This document shows positions 51,006 to 63,582 of a stretch of DNA of 64,000 nt, in pieces. A program made the position numbers and the translations under genes. The stretch is from the NCBI RefSeq assembly GCF_036321535.1, contig NC_087436.1:93498001-93562000 (forward strand), given 5' to 3'. The stretch is from Camelus dromedarius (taxonomy: Eukaryota). Under the pieces are notes generated by a model. It did not search any database. It saw only the letters and a list, made by a program, of their open reading frames with translations, and was not told where the DNA came from. Positions within the stretch are counted from its first letter, which is position 1. Every line of letters begins with the position of its first letter.

Positions 51006-52327
51006 CATTTTCTTTCCTTTTAAATAAGAATCAAGAGCTTTCTGGGCAGTGTATGATCATGGACCATTTTACTTCATCATGTTTTAATGCAGTTTATAAA
51101 ACCCTACTAAATATTTCTAAAAACACTGCAAATTTTTTTCTCCTGTTCATTTGTCAGTCTTTCTTGCCTCTTTGCATGCTGAGGAAGTAGGTAATTTTTA
51201 TGAGAAGAGTGGTAAAGTATGTGCTAAGCCAGCAAACGTTCCCTTGAAAGCTTATTAGATAAAACTGAGTGGAGAAAGAGAAAGGAGAAAGACAGGTATT
51301 TACCAAATGTGATTTAAAGGACAAAGAATCCCATCTTACTGAAGTGTGTCTGAAAGTGTACCCTTATGCTCAGTTTGTTTACTTTAAATATGAGCTTTGG
51401 ACTGAACTGTATTTGCTTTTCAGACCACAAGGCTGGAGGTGGCCATGAAAGTCTCCAAAATCTGATTGCTAATCAGGAAAGCTGTTTGCTAAGAAAGGCC
51501 TGCCTGTTTGGACTAGAAGTAATGACTGATGCACAGATAAAGCCAGTGTGCTTTTAAATATCTTCTGACTTCTGTGTCCAGATTGTGCTTTTCTCTTAAT
51601 TAAAACCCCTTGACACGAGTCATAGGTCAAAGGACATGACTCCCTTTCACTCTTGCAGTAACAGCAACTGCTTAGCTCTTGCTGGGCTTCTCTGGAAACT
51701 GCTGTCTTTGTTTCTTCGTGGTTTGCTTTACCTCCTTTGGTCTTAGTTCAAATGCTTAAATTTAAGAATAGGAAGATGACATTTTGTCTTTAGAATGGTG
51801 AGCAGTTGTGATCTGGAGAATAAGCCCATTGTAGCATCCCTTATCTGTACATGTTTCATTTTTCTTTTTTTAAAATCAACAAAGCCATATAATTTTTCTA
51901 GTTTCAAAAGAATTTTAGTAATTTTTTCCCCCTAAATTGGTTTGGTACATAGCTCATTACTCATCAGTAATATTTATTTTTGCCTTGTCTTCCTTCCTTT
52001 CTGTGTAGCTTCTGTACTGGTATCTGACCCTCTTATACTTAGTCATGGCAAGAATTATAAGCTCCGTATTTTGAGGTATTTGAAGCCACAGAGTAGGGAT
52101 TGTAATCTATTAGGGACGTTAAAGAGACAGTTTTCAAAATACATATATGTGTATATATTGGTGTATGTACGTATATAATTAATTACTTAGATTTATAATA
52201 TAGTAAAGTCTGAAACATGTCTGTCACTCTGTATCATGAGTGAGAAAAACTGATATTACCGTCAATAAATAATCAGTTCCCAAAAGAACTTGATACTTTA
52301 AAAATTCATGATAACCAGTGTCTACTA

Positions 52328-52545
52328 TGGGGCTTGCAAACTCAAATGCCTTCCAGGACCTAACAGAAAGGTAAAGAAGTGAACTGGGGCATGAAGGGGG
52401 AAAAATGGCACAGTTACCGCTCGGCTGTTCAGGAATGACGGCCAGTGTTGCCTGATCTTCTAGTATTTCAAGAGAAGACAGAAATTTTTACTTTTATGTG
52501 ACTTCTCCTAGTTTTCAAGTGTTGGCAGTACATTTAAAATTATTC
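52328..52545. mobile_element. hAT-Charlie element, MER102-like
   Basis: 'tgcaaactcaaatgcc', 'ccagtgttgcctgatcttc...ttcaagagaagacagaaat', 'gtgttggca'. Confidence 0.72.
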
Positions 52546-53021
52546 GAATATTGTTCTCTTGGATTCTTCCCTGTGATGTTCTTTGTCAGCAAGTGTTACG
52601 ATTGCTTCCTGTAGAGTAGGTGACATGAGGCCTGAAAGTGTATGTTATGGCTCTCCTTTCTAGGGACACACAGTCTGGTTGGACCAGTGTGAGGTGGAAC
52701 GGTCGGGATGTGTGGGAAAGGCCACAGGAACCCTGAGGAGGTAGGCATCCATCTGTGTGAGCCAGACCACCCTGGGAAGACATCCTCAGGGAGGTGAGAT
52801 CTGCAGTGAACCTTAAAGGACATAAGGGCCTTAAGATGTAGTGCAATGGAGAGAAGGTGAGAGGGCGATGGGGATCAAGGTAGGGCAATGGGAAGGTGTT
52901 TGAGGTGTCGGGGCAGGGCTGGGCACCCTGGGAGACGTGCCAAAGTGGAGCGCTTTGGAGCAAGGCTGTGCCCTGAGGAGAGATCCACTGTGAGCAGGTG
53001 GCGCTGTGATGGGGGCAGCAT

Positions 53022-53498
53022 TCTGTTACTGAGTTGGATGAGCTGTTTATATATTCTGGAAATTAAGCCCTTGTCAGTCCTGTCGTTTGCAGATATTTTC
53101 TCCCATTCTGTAGGTTTTCTCCTTGTTTTGTTGGTGGTTTCCTTTGCTGTGCAAAAGCTTGTAAGTTTAAGTCCCATTTGTTTATTTTGGCTTTCATTTC
53201 TGTTGCCTGGGTAGACTGCCCTAGGAGAACATTGTTAGGATTTATGTCAGAGAATGTCTTGCCTATGCTTTCTTTTAGGAGGTTTATACTGTCTTGTCTT
53301 ATGTTTAAGTCTTTAAGCCCTTTTGAGTTTATGTTTGTGTATGGTGTGAGGGAGTGTGCTAACTTCATTGATTTACAGGAAGCTGTCCAGCTTTCCCAGC
53401 ACCACTTGTTGAAGAGACTGTCTTTTCTCCATTGTATATTCTTGCCTTCATTGTCTAAGATTAATTGACCATATGTGTGTGGGTTTATTTCTGAGCTC
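53022..53498 (-). mobile_element. Internal L1 ORF2 fragment without 3'UTR or tail
   Basis: Translations 'EINPHTYGQLILDNEGKNIQWRKDSLFNKWCWESW' and '[41 protein letters not shown]' are L1 ORF2p C-terminal region; one frameshift. Confidence 0.93.
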
Positions 53499-54009
53499 AA
53501 AGTGTATGGACGTAGTACAGTGTGTCAAGAATTCTGTGCACACACGAGTAATTGTCGGATGCAAAGATGAGCAGATCACTGTTCCTGCTTCATAGGTTTC
53601 ACATTCTAGAGAGAATGTGATGTAAATTGAGAAGAAAAATGACCAGGATTATGGTGGTGGGAATGGAGAGACTGGAAGAGCCTGGGGAGGGATTCCCAGT
53701 GTGGGATTGGTAAGATTTGGTGAATGATGAGGAGTGCAGGGTAGGGAGTAGGGTCATCTGATTGGGCTGATGGCTGGGGCTCGTGGGGCCTGTGTGCTGC
53801 TAAGATTTTCTGTATCAGAAAAGGCAGGTGGAAGAGGCAGGGTTGGAAATAGTCACCAGAGACCCCAGGAGGGATGTGATGGAGAATGAAAATAGCTCGT
53901 AAAAATAGCTGGTAAGTTTTGCCTTTGGGAAGTTAGGAGGCTAGAGATTCCAGTGCCCAAGTCAGGGAAGTTGGGAGGGGAAATGTGTTTGCAGGACGGT
54001 AGGGAAAGT

Positions 54010-54145
54010 GATGTGTGTATCTTACCAGACTGTCAGTTCCACGAGGGCAGGGATTTTGTTTGTTTAATGATGTGTCTCTAGCACCTTGCCTGTGCCTGCC
54101 ACATGGTACAATCTCAGTACATGTTTATGGGAGTAATGAATAACG
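54010..54145 (+). mobile_element. L2 3' end
   Basis: 'agactgtcagttccacgagggcagggattttgt...tctctagcacct...aatgaataa'. Confidence 0.75.
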
Positions 54146-54325
54146 TAGTCAATTTGGAGGATGTAAGTGGTTACGAGGTCATAAATTGTTAAAGGCTTAA
54201 ATTGAGATTAAACTCATTTAATATTGGTTTTAGTATTTCTTTTAAAAAGGGCTTTGCTGATCACTTAGATATAGGACTTTATATATGATATTGCTGGTCA
54301 CACACCTGGTTTGAATAGAAGTCTT

Positions 54326-54586
54326 TTTTTTAATTGAAGTGTAATCCGATTTAGAATATTCTGTTAGTTGCTGGAGTACAGCATGGTGATTCAGTTACAC
54401 ACACATACACATATTCTTTTTCATATTCTTTTTCATTGTAGTTAATACAGGATATTGAATATAGTTCCCTGTGCTACACAGTAGGACCTTGTTGTCATCT
54501 GCTTTATGTATAGTTGTTAGTATCTGCAAATCCCAAACTCCCAATTTGTATCCCCCCACTTTCCCCACTGGTAACCATAAGTTTGT
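54326..54586 (-). mobile_element. Young 5'-truncated L1 (3'UTR only)
   Basis: Perfect 16-bp TSD tttgaatagaagtctt (54310-54325 and 54587-54602); 'gaatatagttccctgtgctacacagtaggacc'. Confidence 0.93.
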
Positions 54587-55218
54587 TTTGAATAGAAGTC
54601 TTGATTTCAGTATGGTTGTGTGTTTTATTGAAATATAGTTTTTAAAAAATATTATATTAGTTTCAGGTGTATAATACTCAGTATTATTTTTTAAACCCGT
54701 TTTGATATCCGGAGCAGGCAGTACCCATTAACACAGCAGTAAGTAATCCTGCATTCAAAGACATGAATGTCTACATGAAAAGGCACACAGGAAATAAGTG
54801 AGAATGTGTTTTTTCACACTTGTCTTCCATTATGATAAATGTCAAGTGAATATCCTGATTTTCCCTTGTGTGGGATCTTTGTTACAGAACAAATTGCTTA
54901 TTTAAAAAAATGTGGGCTGACAGCTGGTGCTTAGAAATCTTTTGAGTGGATCCCCATCCCCAAAGACTTTTCTTTATGATTGGATTTGGTATATAACAAA
55001 GTAATTTTATAAAGGCAGTGAAAATGGTATATTGCTTTTTATTTGTTATCAAAATCATAATGGTGTTGGGACATTGTTGAATATAATGTCCTTTCATTCT
55101 AAAAGAAAGGTATTTAACTTTCAGAATAGTGCAAAGTGAGTGATTGGTTTATTTTCTAGCCTCTGGCACTGCTGAGTATAAACAGAAACAGAGTGTTGCC
55201 ATGGCCATGGTCCCAGCA

Positions 55219-55604
55219 GGTTAAAGGGCTGAATTGTGTCCCCTTAAAACTCGTATGTCGAAGCCCTAACACTCAGTGCCTTGGAATGTGACTATATTTG
55301 GAGATAGGGTCTTTAAAGAGGTGTTAACTTTTAAGTTAAAATGAGGTCATTAAAGTGGCTTTAATCTGGTATGACTGGTGCTCTTACAAGACAAGGAAAT
55401 TTGCGCACAGACATGTATAGCGGAAAGACCATGTCAGGACCCCGCAGGAAGGCGGCATCTGCAAGCTGGGGAGAGACACCTCAGAGTGAAACAACTCTGT
55501 CAACACCTTGACACTGACGCCTCCGTCTTGGGCTCATGGGTCTCTGCTGTGTAAGCCACACGGTCTGTGGTCGCTTCTTAGGGCGGCCCGTGCAAATTCA
55601 TACA
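55219..55604 (+). mobile_element. MaLR solo LTR, MLT1B-like
   Basis: 'gggctgaattgtgtcccc', 'gaatgtgactatatttggagatagggtctttaaagagg', end 'gcaaattcataca'. Confidence 0.9.
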
Positions 55605-57264
55605 AACAGAAGCCAGGGTGGCTCAGGGAAACTTCTTCCCAGTGGCTTTCTCCATCACCTGGCTTTAGCATCCCAGGCCCCCTGAATGTCTGGAGGAGGG
55701 TGATTCCCCGGTGCCCTGGGTATCCCTGTTTGAAGGCTGGCAGGATTGCCAGGCAGCAGCAGTGATGATTCCTTGGTATCTTCATTCACTGGTGATGATT
55801 TTTGTCTGCGGCTGCGTGCCTTGTCAGCATTTCTATTTCCCTCAAACTCAATTAAGAGTGTGAGATGAAGCGGAGGCCCTTATCTCACAACTTTCCATAT
55901 TTAATGTCTCAACTTTCATTGATGTGTATAGTCCAAGCTCAGAACAGAATGGAGGAGATGCCTGGCAAGACAGGGCGGCTTTGTGGACGGCTGTCTTTGG
56001 TGTGAATTGGACCGTGTGTGTGAGATATCAGGGTTTCAAGCCAAGTCTGCTTTCTCAGGAGACTGTCTCTGGCATCTTGAAATTTAAGTAAAGCTTAATT
56101 TAATCCCTGGTTTTCACAGTAAATCTGTAGGCTGTGTTACTTACGGTAGAAGTTGGAAAACCATGGACTTCCTTTGGCCTGCTTATTTGAATTTGATTTA
56201 CTGGGAAATTCAAGCAGTAGAGCACCAGAGGTGTTTCAAAAAAACTTTCAAACGTTTCATTTCATGTTCTAGTAGATCTGCTTTCTCAGTGGGCAGGACA
56301 AGTGGAGTCTGTAATTAATTAGATTATAATAAATTGTGGTTTTGTTCCATGTCTCCTAGGCTTAGAGAACATGGAGGGCGTGAATGTTGGAACTTTTCTC
56401 TTGGATTCTGTTTGATCGAGTTTCTGGGACACCCAGCATCAGGATGTTGAGAGTGTCCGGAGACCTATAGTGAAGTGTTTCTGTTCTCTGCTGTGTGTCC
56501 AGCGTCAAATAAGTGTGTGTGATGTTAATGCACCTCTTGCCTGTGTTTGGTTGACTTTCCTGAGTGATACCATGAAGGGTGCTTCTTCAGATTCCTTATT
56601 TTCAGGTATTGCTATTGTGTAAGAGAGATGAGACTATCATCATAATTGAGAGAAAGTTACAATCTTCTGCTTTACATTATGAAATAAAATGTTGAGGCTG
56701 TGCCATCTCCCAGCCTGGTTTTTCCAGCAGATTTCTGTGGCTCATGGGGACAGATGACCCTGAGTTCCAGCAGCACCTGCAATCAAAATAGTTCTCATTC
56801 CAAGGCCCATAAACAGGGTGTGTTTGAAAGTACTTGAAAGCAAAGTGTAAGCAACACAGTGTACATTTAATCATAAAACATTGTCCTGGAATCCGCTGTG
56901 CTGCAAAGCCTGGGAAGCTACCCTCCCCGCTATCCTGATGTTTTATTACAGTTCCCCTTGCTGTAAAGGAAGGAAGACTAGACTGAAATTTCTTCACTAG
57001 GTTGGAAAAAGCTAAAATACCTGGGTGAGGAAAAAAATGATAACAGAGCTTATGTCTGAAGATGACCAAAGTCTGGCTGGGGAGACAGTCCTGGAAGAGT
57101 GAATTAGTAATGTTTATTTACCTAAATAAACTGTTTATCCAGCTTATTATTCTTTAACAAAAGCAGTTATTCCATGCTTAATTAATTATGGACTGTCCGA
57201 CAGATTCATGGACCAGAATGTATTTCATCCAAGAAAAAAAAACACACTTAGAAAGGATTTAAAT

Positions 57265-57594
57265 CAGGGGTCAGAAAACTGCAGCTCAGAGGCAGAATCT
57301 AGCCTACTGCCTGTTTTTATATGGCTCACCAACCTAGAATGGTTTCCACATTTTTAAATGATTGAAAAAAAATTAAAAGAATAGTAATATTTTGTGACAC
57401 TTGAAAACTATACGTATTGCAGTGTCCACCAGTAAAGCTTTGTTGGAACACAGCTACACGCATTCACTGCTGTATCGTGTCTGGCGGTTCCTGTCCTGCA
57501 GCAGCAGGGCTGAGTGGTTGTGACAGAGGTTCTATGATCTGCAGAGTGTAAGTTACTTACTCTCTGGTGCTTGACATAAAATCTTTGCCTCCTG
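57265..57594. mobile_element. hAT-Charlie element, MER58B-like
   Basis: Ends 'caggggtcagaaaact' / 'tttgcctcctg'; internal 'ttggaacacagctacacgcattca'; 8-bp TSD atttaaat/gtttaaac (6/8). Confidence 0.85.
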
Positions 57595-57847
57595 GTTTAA
57601 ACAGTCTTTTACATTTATTCATTTTAAAATTATCATTCACTGTCTACTCTGCAGCTTTTGATGTGCAGTATGGAAAATCCTTGGGTAGGATGGCAGGTTA
57701 TTCCATGAACTCATCATTTAATTTACAGAATCCCTTTCTATAGCATCTCTAAAGATGGCCACTGAACATCTTCTTGATCACTGGAAATTTAGCTTCAGTT
57801 ATTAAGAATGCAGGCCGGCAGTTCTTTTTATTTTTCCCCTGACCAAA

Positions 57848-58430
57848 TCATTTATTCAGCAAAGATTTAGTGAGTGCTGACTGTATGCCTTCCACTGTTC
57901 TAGGCAGTGGAGATGAGGGATGTCCCTAACAGATGAGGTCCCTGCTCTTGGGACCGTGCATTCTTGTGGGAGGAGGTGGGCCATAAACAAATAACTATAA
58001 CATATTTTGGGGCAATAAGCACTATGAAGAAAAATTAAGGGGAGGGAGAGAGCTAGAGACAAGAGAGGGCTGCTTAAGAGATGGTGGTGGGCAAAGGCTG
58101 CCTGGAGCAGTTACAGTTGAGCAGGACTCAGTCGTGCGAAGACCCAGGAGGTGGCATTTCAGGTGAAGGAAACTGCAGGAGCAAAGGCCCTCAGGTGGGA
58201 GTGAACTTGGCATGTTTGAGAAACAGCAAAGATGCCCCTGAGGCTAGAGCGGAGCAAACACAGAGAAGAGTGATGCAGAATGAAGCCAAAATATATGGGA
58301 GTGGAGTGAGAGACAGGTTGCATAGGGTACTGCAGGGCAGAAAAAGGACCTAAAATACTCATTTCTGAGAGAATGACAGGGTTTTGAGCAGAGATGACTT
58401 GATCTGACTTACATTTTTAAAAGGATTCCA
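57848..58430 (-). mobile_element. L2 fragment
   Basis: 'tcatttattcagcaaagatttagtgagtgc', 'gcaaaggccctcaggtgggagtgaacttggcatgtttgagaaacagcaa'. Confidence 0.88.
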
Positions 58431-58526
58431 TCGAACTAAGAAGCTTCTCCACAGCAAAGGAAACCGTCAACAAAATGAAAAGGCATCCCACTGAATGGGA
58501 GGAAATATTTGCAAATCATATATCGG
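58431..58526 (+). mobile_element. About 96-bp internal L1 ORF2 fragment
   Basis: Encodes 'ELRSFSTAKETVNKMKRHPTEWEEIFANHIS', typical of L1 ORF2p. Confidence 0.88.
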
Positions 58527-58969
58527 GTGGTAGGGGCTTGGCTGCCACAAGCCCCAGGGCAAGGCAGCATCCCAGGTAGCTCCCCTACACCCTGTCCAAG
58601 GTCCGGGTTTGAATAAGCCACCCGTTTTCTGATCAGACTCGGTTGATCACAGACCTAAAACCCTTGAAATCTCACCTAACAAGACAGTGCCCTGTCGTTG
58701 CTATTGTTTTGATCCCACTTTTATGGCTGCCTCACATCAGTTGTGTCAAAGAAGAGTCACCCTACAATACTTCAGGACCTTTTAAAGCTAGCTGTTTCAG
58801 CTGGGGTACTGACATGGTTTTGGTTTTTGTTGTTGTTGTTTAACCCACAAAATGCCACCATCTGCAATAAACTACACAGAAGGGGAAATATAGCTCCTTC
58901 CTTCTGCTCTCCTGTGGACCTTCCCTATTGATCAAACCCAGCCAGGAGCCAGAGGGTAAGGGAGCCTGT

Positions 58970-60512
58970 GTTTTTGTTTTTACTGAAGTTTGATTGATTT
59001 ACAGTACTGTATTAGTTCTAGGTGTGTAGCAAAATGATTCAGTGATTCAGATTATTTGCCATTATAGGTTATTACAAGATACTGAATATTGTTCCCTGCA
59101 TACTACAGTAAACCCTTGTTGCTTATCTATTTTATATATAGTTGTGTGTCTGTTAATCCCAAACTCCTAATTCATCCCTCCCCCCACTCCCCTTTCTCCT
59201 TTGGTAACCATGAGTTTGTTTTCTATGTCTGTGAGTCTGTTTCTGTTTTGTAAATGGATTCATTTGTATTATTTTTTAGATACCATGTATAAGTGATATC
59301 ATATAATATTTGTCTTTCTCTGACTTAGTATAGTATTCTTTGAGTCCACCCATGTTGCTACAACTGGCAATATTCTTTTTATGGCTGAGTAATATTCCAT
59401 TCTATGTTTGTATATATGTATATATATCACATTTTCTTAAGTCAATTATCTATTGATGGACACTTGGATTGTTTCCATGTCTTGGCTGTTGTAAATAGTG
59501 CTGGATGAACATTGGGGTGCATGTATCTTTTCTAATTAGGGTTTTAGTCTTTTCCAGATGTATGCCCAGGAGTGGGATTGCTGGATCATAGGGTAGCTCT
59601 ATTTTCAGTTTTTTAAAAAACCGCCATACTGTTCTCCATAGTGGCCACACCAGTTTACATTCCCACCAGCAGTGTAGGAGGGCTCCCTTTTCTCCACAGC
59701 CTCTGCAGCATTGATTATTTGTGATGATAGCCATTCTGACTGGTGTGAAGTGATAATACCTCATTGTGGGTTTGATTTGCACTTCTCTGATAATTAATGG
59801 TGTTGAGCATCTTTTCGTGTGTCTCTTGGCCATCTGTATGTCTTCTTTGGAGAAATGTCTATTTAGGTCTTCTGCCCATTTTTTGATTGGATTGTTTGCT
59901 TCTTTGATATTGAGTTGTATTATGTGTTTGCATAGTTTGGATGTTAACTTCTTGTTGGTCACATTGTAAATATTTTCTCTGAGTCTGTAGGTTGTCTTTT
60001 TTGTTTTGTTGGTAGTTTCCTTTGTAGTGCAAAAGCTTTTGATTAGATTCCATTTGTTTATTTTTGCTTTTATTTATTTTGCCTTGGGAGACTGATCTAA
60101 GAAAATACTGCTACAATTTATGTCTGAAAATGTTTTGTCTATATTCTCTTCTAGGAGTTTCATGGTGTCGTGTCTTATATTTAGATCTTTAAACCATTTT
60201 GAGTTTATTTTTGTGTAAGGTCTGAGGGAATGTTCTAATTGCATTGATTTACATGTGGCTGTCCAGCTTTCCCAACACTGCTTGCTGAAGAGACTGTCTT
60301 TTCTTCATTGTATATTCTTGCTTCCTTTGTCAAAGATTAATTGACCATAGGTATATGGGTTTATTTCTGGGCTCTCCATTCTGTTCCGTTGATCTATATA
60401 TCTGTTTTTGTGCCAATACCAGACCGTTTTGATTACTGAAATTCTGTAGTATTGTCTGAAGTCTGGGAGGGTTAAGCCTCCAGCTTTGTTCTTTTTCCTC
60501 AGGATTGCTTTG
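58970..60512 (-). mobile_element. 5'-truncated L1 (ORF2 3' part, 3'UTR and tail), inserted into an old MLT1-like fragment
   Basis: ORF2 peptides '[23 protein letters not shown]', '[11 protein letters not shown]', '[14 protein letters not shown]'; TSD agggagcctgt (58959-58969 and 60513-60523). Confidence 0.95.
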
Positions 60513-62941
60513 AGGGAGCCTGTTGTTAAATGGGTCAGCTTCCTGGAGCAAAGAATGGAGTGGAAAAGTGGAGCGGTGAGTGGAATCCTAGATCTTAGGA
60601 GACACCTATGACACTTGGGAGTTCCAGCTCTCTGTTGCTTGCCCTCCCTGACCCTAACCCCACCCGCAGACCCACCACAGATGAGCACACATGCATGTAT
60701 ACACACACCCGCCCCTCTCTAAGTTCCCTCTGGTATTCTGAGATCACTTTTCTCATGATTGCAGAGGAGCAGTCCTGCAACATATGCCATTGGATACACA
60801 AGGAAGGGTTTGGATAGCCCCACACAATCCGTCTTTCATTCCTGACAGATTCAAAGCACATGTGTAACCAATGGTAGAATTGAACATTTTATTATTTTTA
60901 AAAAAGTCTCTTGTGTAGTTGGACATGGGAGAAAAAATACAGTGAGACTGAAATTTAAAACCTTGGTGAACTATATTCAGTTTTGGTTATTCTGGTTAAA
61001 AACAAACAAAGCAACCATTGATTTTTAGCCTCTTTGATCCAAATGGTTTTAGTTTTCCACTGTTGGACATATTAAAACTTTGAAGACACAGAAGTACCAT
61101 TCAGTAAACTGCTTCTCTCAACAACTTCTGCGGTGTCCTGGTGCACTGGAAACCGCTGGTTTCCTTTCAAGGCAGGAGCAGTGAACTCTGAATCAGTCAC
61201 TCTCTGTGTGAAGTCAGGAGCTTTATATTTCATACCAGGGAGCAGAGAAAAATTTGTTTTTTTAATAATTTGATATTTTAAAAATATTTGACTTTTCATC
61301 TGGCTTAGATTCTGAGAATCCAGTGTTCTAGTAACAGAATGGTCAACCTGGCCAACAAGTCTATGGAAGGAGGAATATGGACAAGCTGATTTTAGGTGTT
61401 ATTTTGGAGAAAGCGGTTCCTATAAAAGGAACTCAAGCTATATTGATGGTGAAACTCATTTTCCTCTCCCTTTTTTCTGGAATCTGGATGAAAACCAAGA
61501 CCTGTGACATGTTCTCTGAATGTTTTTGGCACCCTAGTTGGAGGCCTAGCTGAGGACTCATGGGGAAAACAAAACTCTCTCTTTTCTATTTATGTTGTAA
61601 AACTTAAACATGGTTTATGTTGCTTTAAGTTCAGGGGAAAAAAGTCGTCTTGAACTTCATGTTAGTTTTTGAGCCCCAGAACAGGGTCTGTTTTGTTTCA
61701 CGGCTTTTGCCTGTGAGTAGGCTTTGCAGAGCAGCATCATTCGTGTGGTCCTGGGGCCTTGGGTTGGGGAGCCCCCGCTGTGTGAGGCGTTGTATTAACG
61801 TGTGGCAGCTGAAGCTGTGTGAAGCCATGCTCTCCTCCTGAGTTGCTTCCTATAATTCTTCTCAGGAGATTGGAGACAGGAACAGACACAAGGCCTACAG
61901 AAAAAGAGCACCTCCAGAAACCGAGGGGAGTCCTGTCTGTGTGACTGGAGAGAGCAAAAACGCAGCTGGCTTTGAGCCAGGCCTTGAAGGGTCCGCAGTG
62001 GCACAAAGTCACGCAGTGGTGTGTTTGAATGAGTTCTGATTTCAATTGTAAGCCTCAGTTTTCCTCATCTATAAAATGACAATGGTATCTTTACTGCCCG
62101 TATCACAGTACTTTTAAGAGACTAACTTGCAAAATGCACCACAAGCAGTGAATTATTCTCAATGCTGTTACTTATTATCCTGGCTAATATTATCAAATGG
62201 TGTCTGTTAAGTATTTACATTTCTTTGACGGTCTGTGTCCTTCCTGGCTCATCTTGTAGTTTTCCAGGAGTTCGATCTAAAAAAAGAGTTACTGTTACTC
62301 ATGGTGATTTATTAGGCTAACTCCACACAGAAGGGTTTTTATGTGTGGAAGTGTAGCTGATCTCACAGATGCAGTGGAGAGAGTCATTTATTAAAGTGGA
62401 GAGAAGTCCCTGCACGGTATCTGGAAAGCAGAGTTCCTTTCTTTAGGGAAGAGTCAAACATAGGGTGGTTGAGTATGTGAATGTGTAGATGCCTAAAGCT
62501 CTGGGTTTGTGATGGCTGTAGAGCTTGGGACTTGGAACTCTGTGATTTTTTTAAGGAAAAAAAAAACCCAACACTTAAAAAAAAAAATTGAACTTCATAG
62601 AGTCTTTCTGAGACTTACTTGAGTTGACTTAGAGAAGTGGAGATGTGGTAATTTCCTTCCGGGGTGTGTTGATTAAAACATGATGAATTAACCAGGATAA
62701 CCTGGAGCCGGAAGCTTCTTAGTGTTGCCTGAGGGGAAGGATATACGTGCATGAGATTAGGTTTAAAAAACTTGTGCTACACATTCAGCTGTAGAGCCTA
62801 GTTAGAATTCATTCCCCAAATGGGCCGAGTTCAAACGTTTCATCGCCATGCCTTTTGCTAAAATGACTGGGCCACTCTTCTTTGGAATTGGTGTTACAGG
62901 TAGTTTATGAGCCAGTCAGGAAAACTGACTCATGGTCACAC

Positions 62942-63170
62942 TTTTTTCTTTTTTTAAAATAGACTTTTTTTTTTTAAAGAACAGTTTTAGATTTACAGAA
63001 AGATTGAGAAGATAGTCCAGAGTGCTCATAAACTCTCACCCAGTTTTCCCCTATTATTAACGTCTTACAATAATATGGTACGTTTGTTACAATTAAAGGA
63101 CCAATACTGATACATTATTATTAACTAAAGTCCATAGTTTGTTCAGATTTCCTTAGTTTTTACCTAGGTC
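62942..63170 (-). mobile_element. Ancient L1 3' end (L1MC/MD-like)
   Basis: 'aacagttttagatttacagaaagattgagaagatagt', 'ccaatactgatacattattattaactaaagtccatag'. Confidence 0.82.
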
Positions 63171-63339
63171 AGAAACTACCCTTTTCACTTACTACTTTAC
63201 CCCATCACATTGGGCAGTTGTTTTCTGATAATAGTGGCTTTTCAACAGTTATTGATGGAGTGAATAAATGAACAAGATGCTCTGCCTGCCCTTAGATTGT
63301 TAAAATGTAGTAAGAAAGGATCAGGCCACCTTGCAAATG

Positions 63340-63582
63340 ACACTCACACTAGTGCTATAGAGTTTGGAAGCAGAAGCGCTATGTTTGCATGAATCCTGGT
63401 ACTGCTATTTACGACCCTTGTGATTGGGCAAGTCATCCGACCTCTCAAAGCCTGCTTCCTCACCAGTGAAGAGAGGGTAATGGCAGTGCCCACCTCAGTA
63501 GGGGAGGCATGAAATGAGTGAAGGCAAGAAGCCCTGCGAGGGACCAGGGCCCCACACGTGGGAAGCGCTCAGTAAATGTCAG
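63340..63582 (+). mobile_element. MIR SINE within L2-like sequence
   Basis: 'gaatcctggtactgctattta...gggcaagtca...cctctc...aagcgctcagtaaatg'. Confidence 0.75.

Noticed and set aside
1493..55604. Loss of AATAAA in most + strand LTRs as evidence of selection against premature polyadenylation
   Set aside because: Two of the seven checked retain it, roughly what neutral decay would give for elements this diverged. Plus-strand LTRs also outnumber minus-strand ones, which slightly weakens the + strand gene inference.
55861..55880. 'tgagatgaagc', identical to the start of miR-143
   Set aside because: The match stops after 11 nt and no precursor hairpin is evident.
59450..60706. ORFs with clear protein homology
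   Set aside because: They are frameshifted L1 ORF2 remnants, not host genes.
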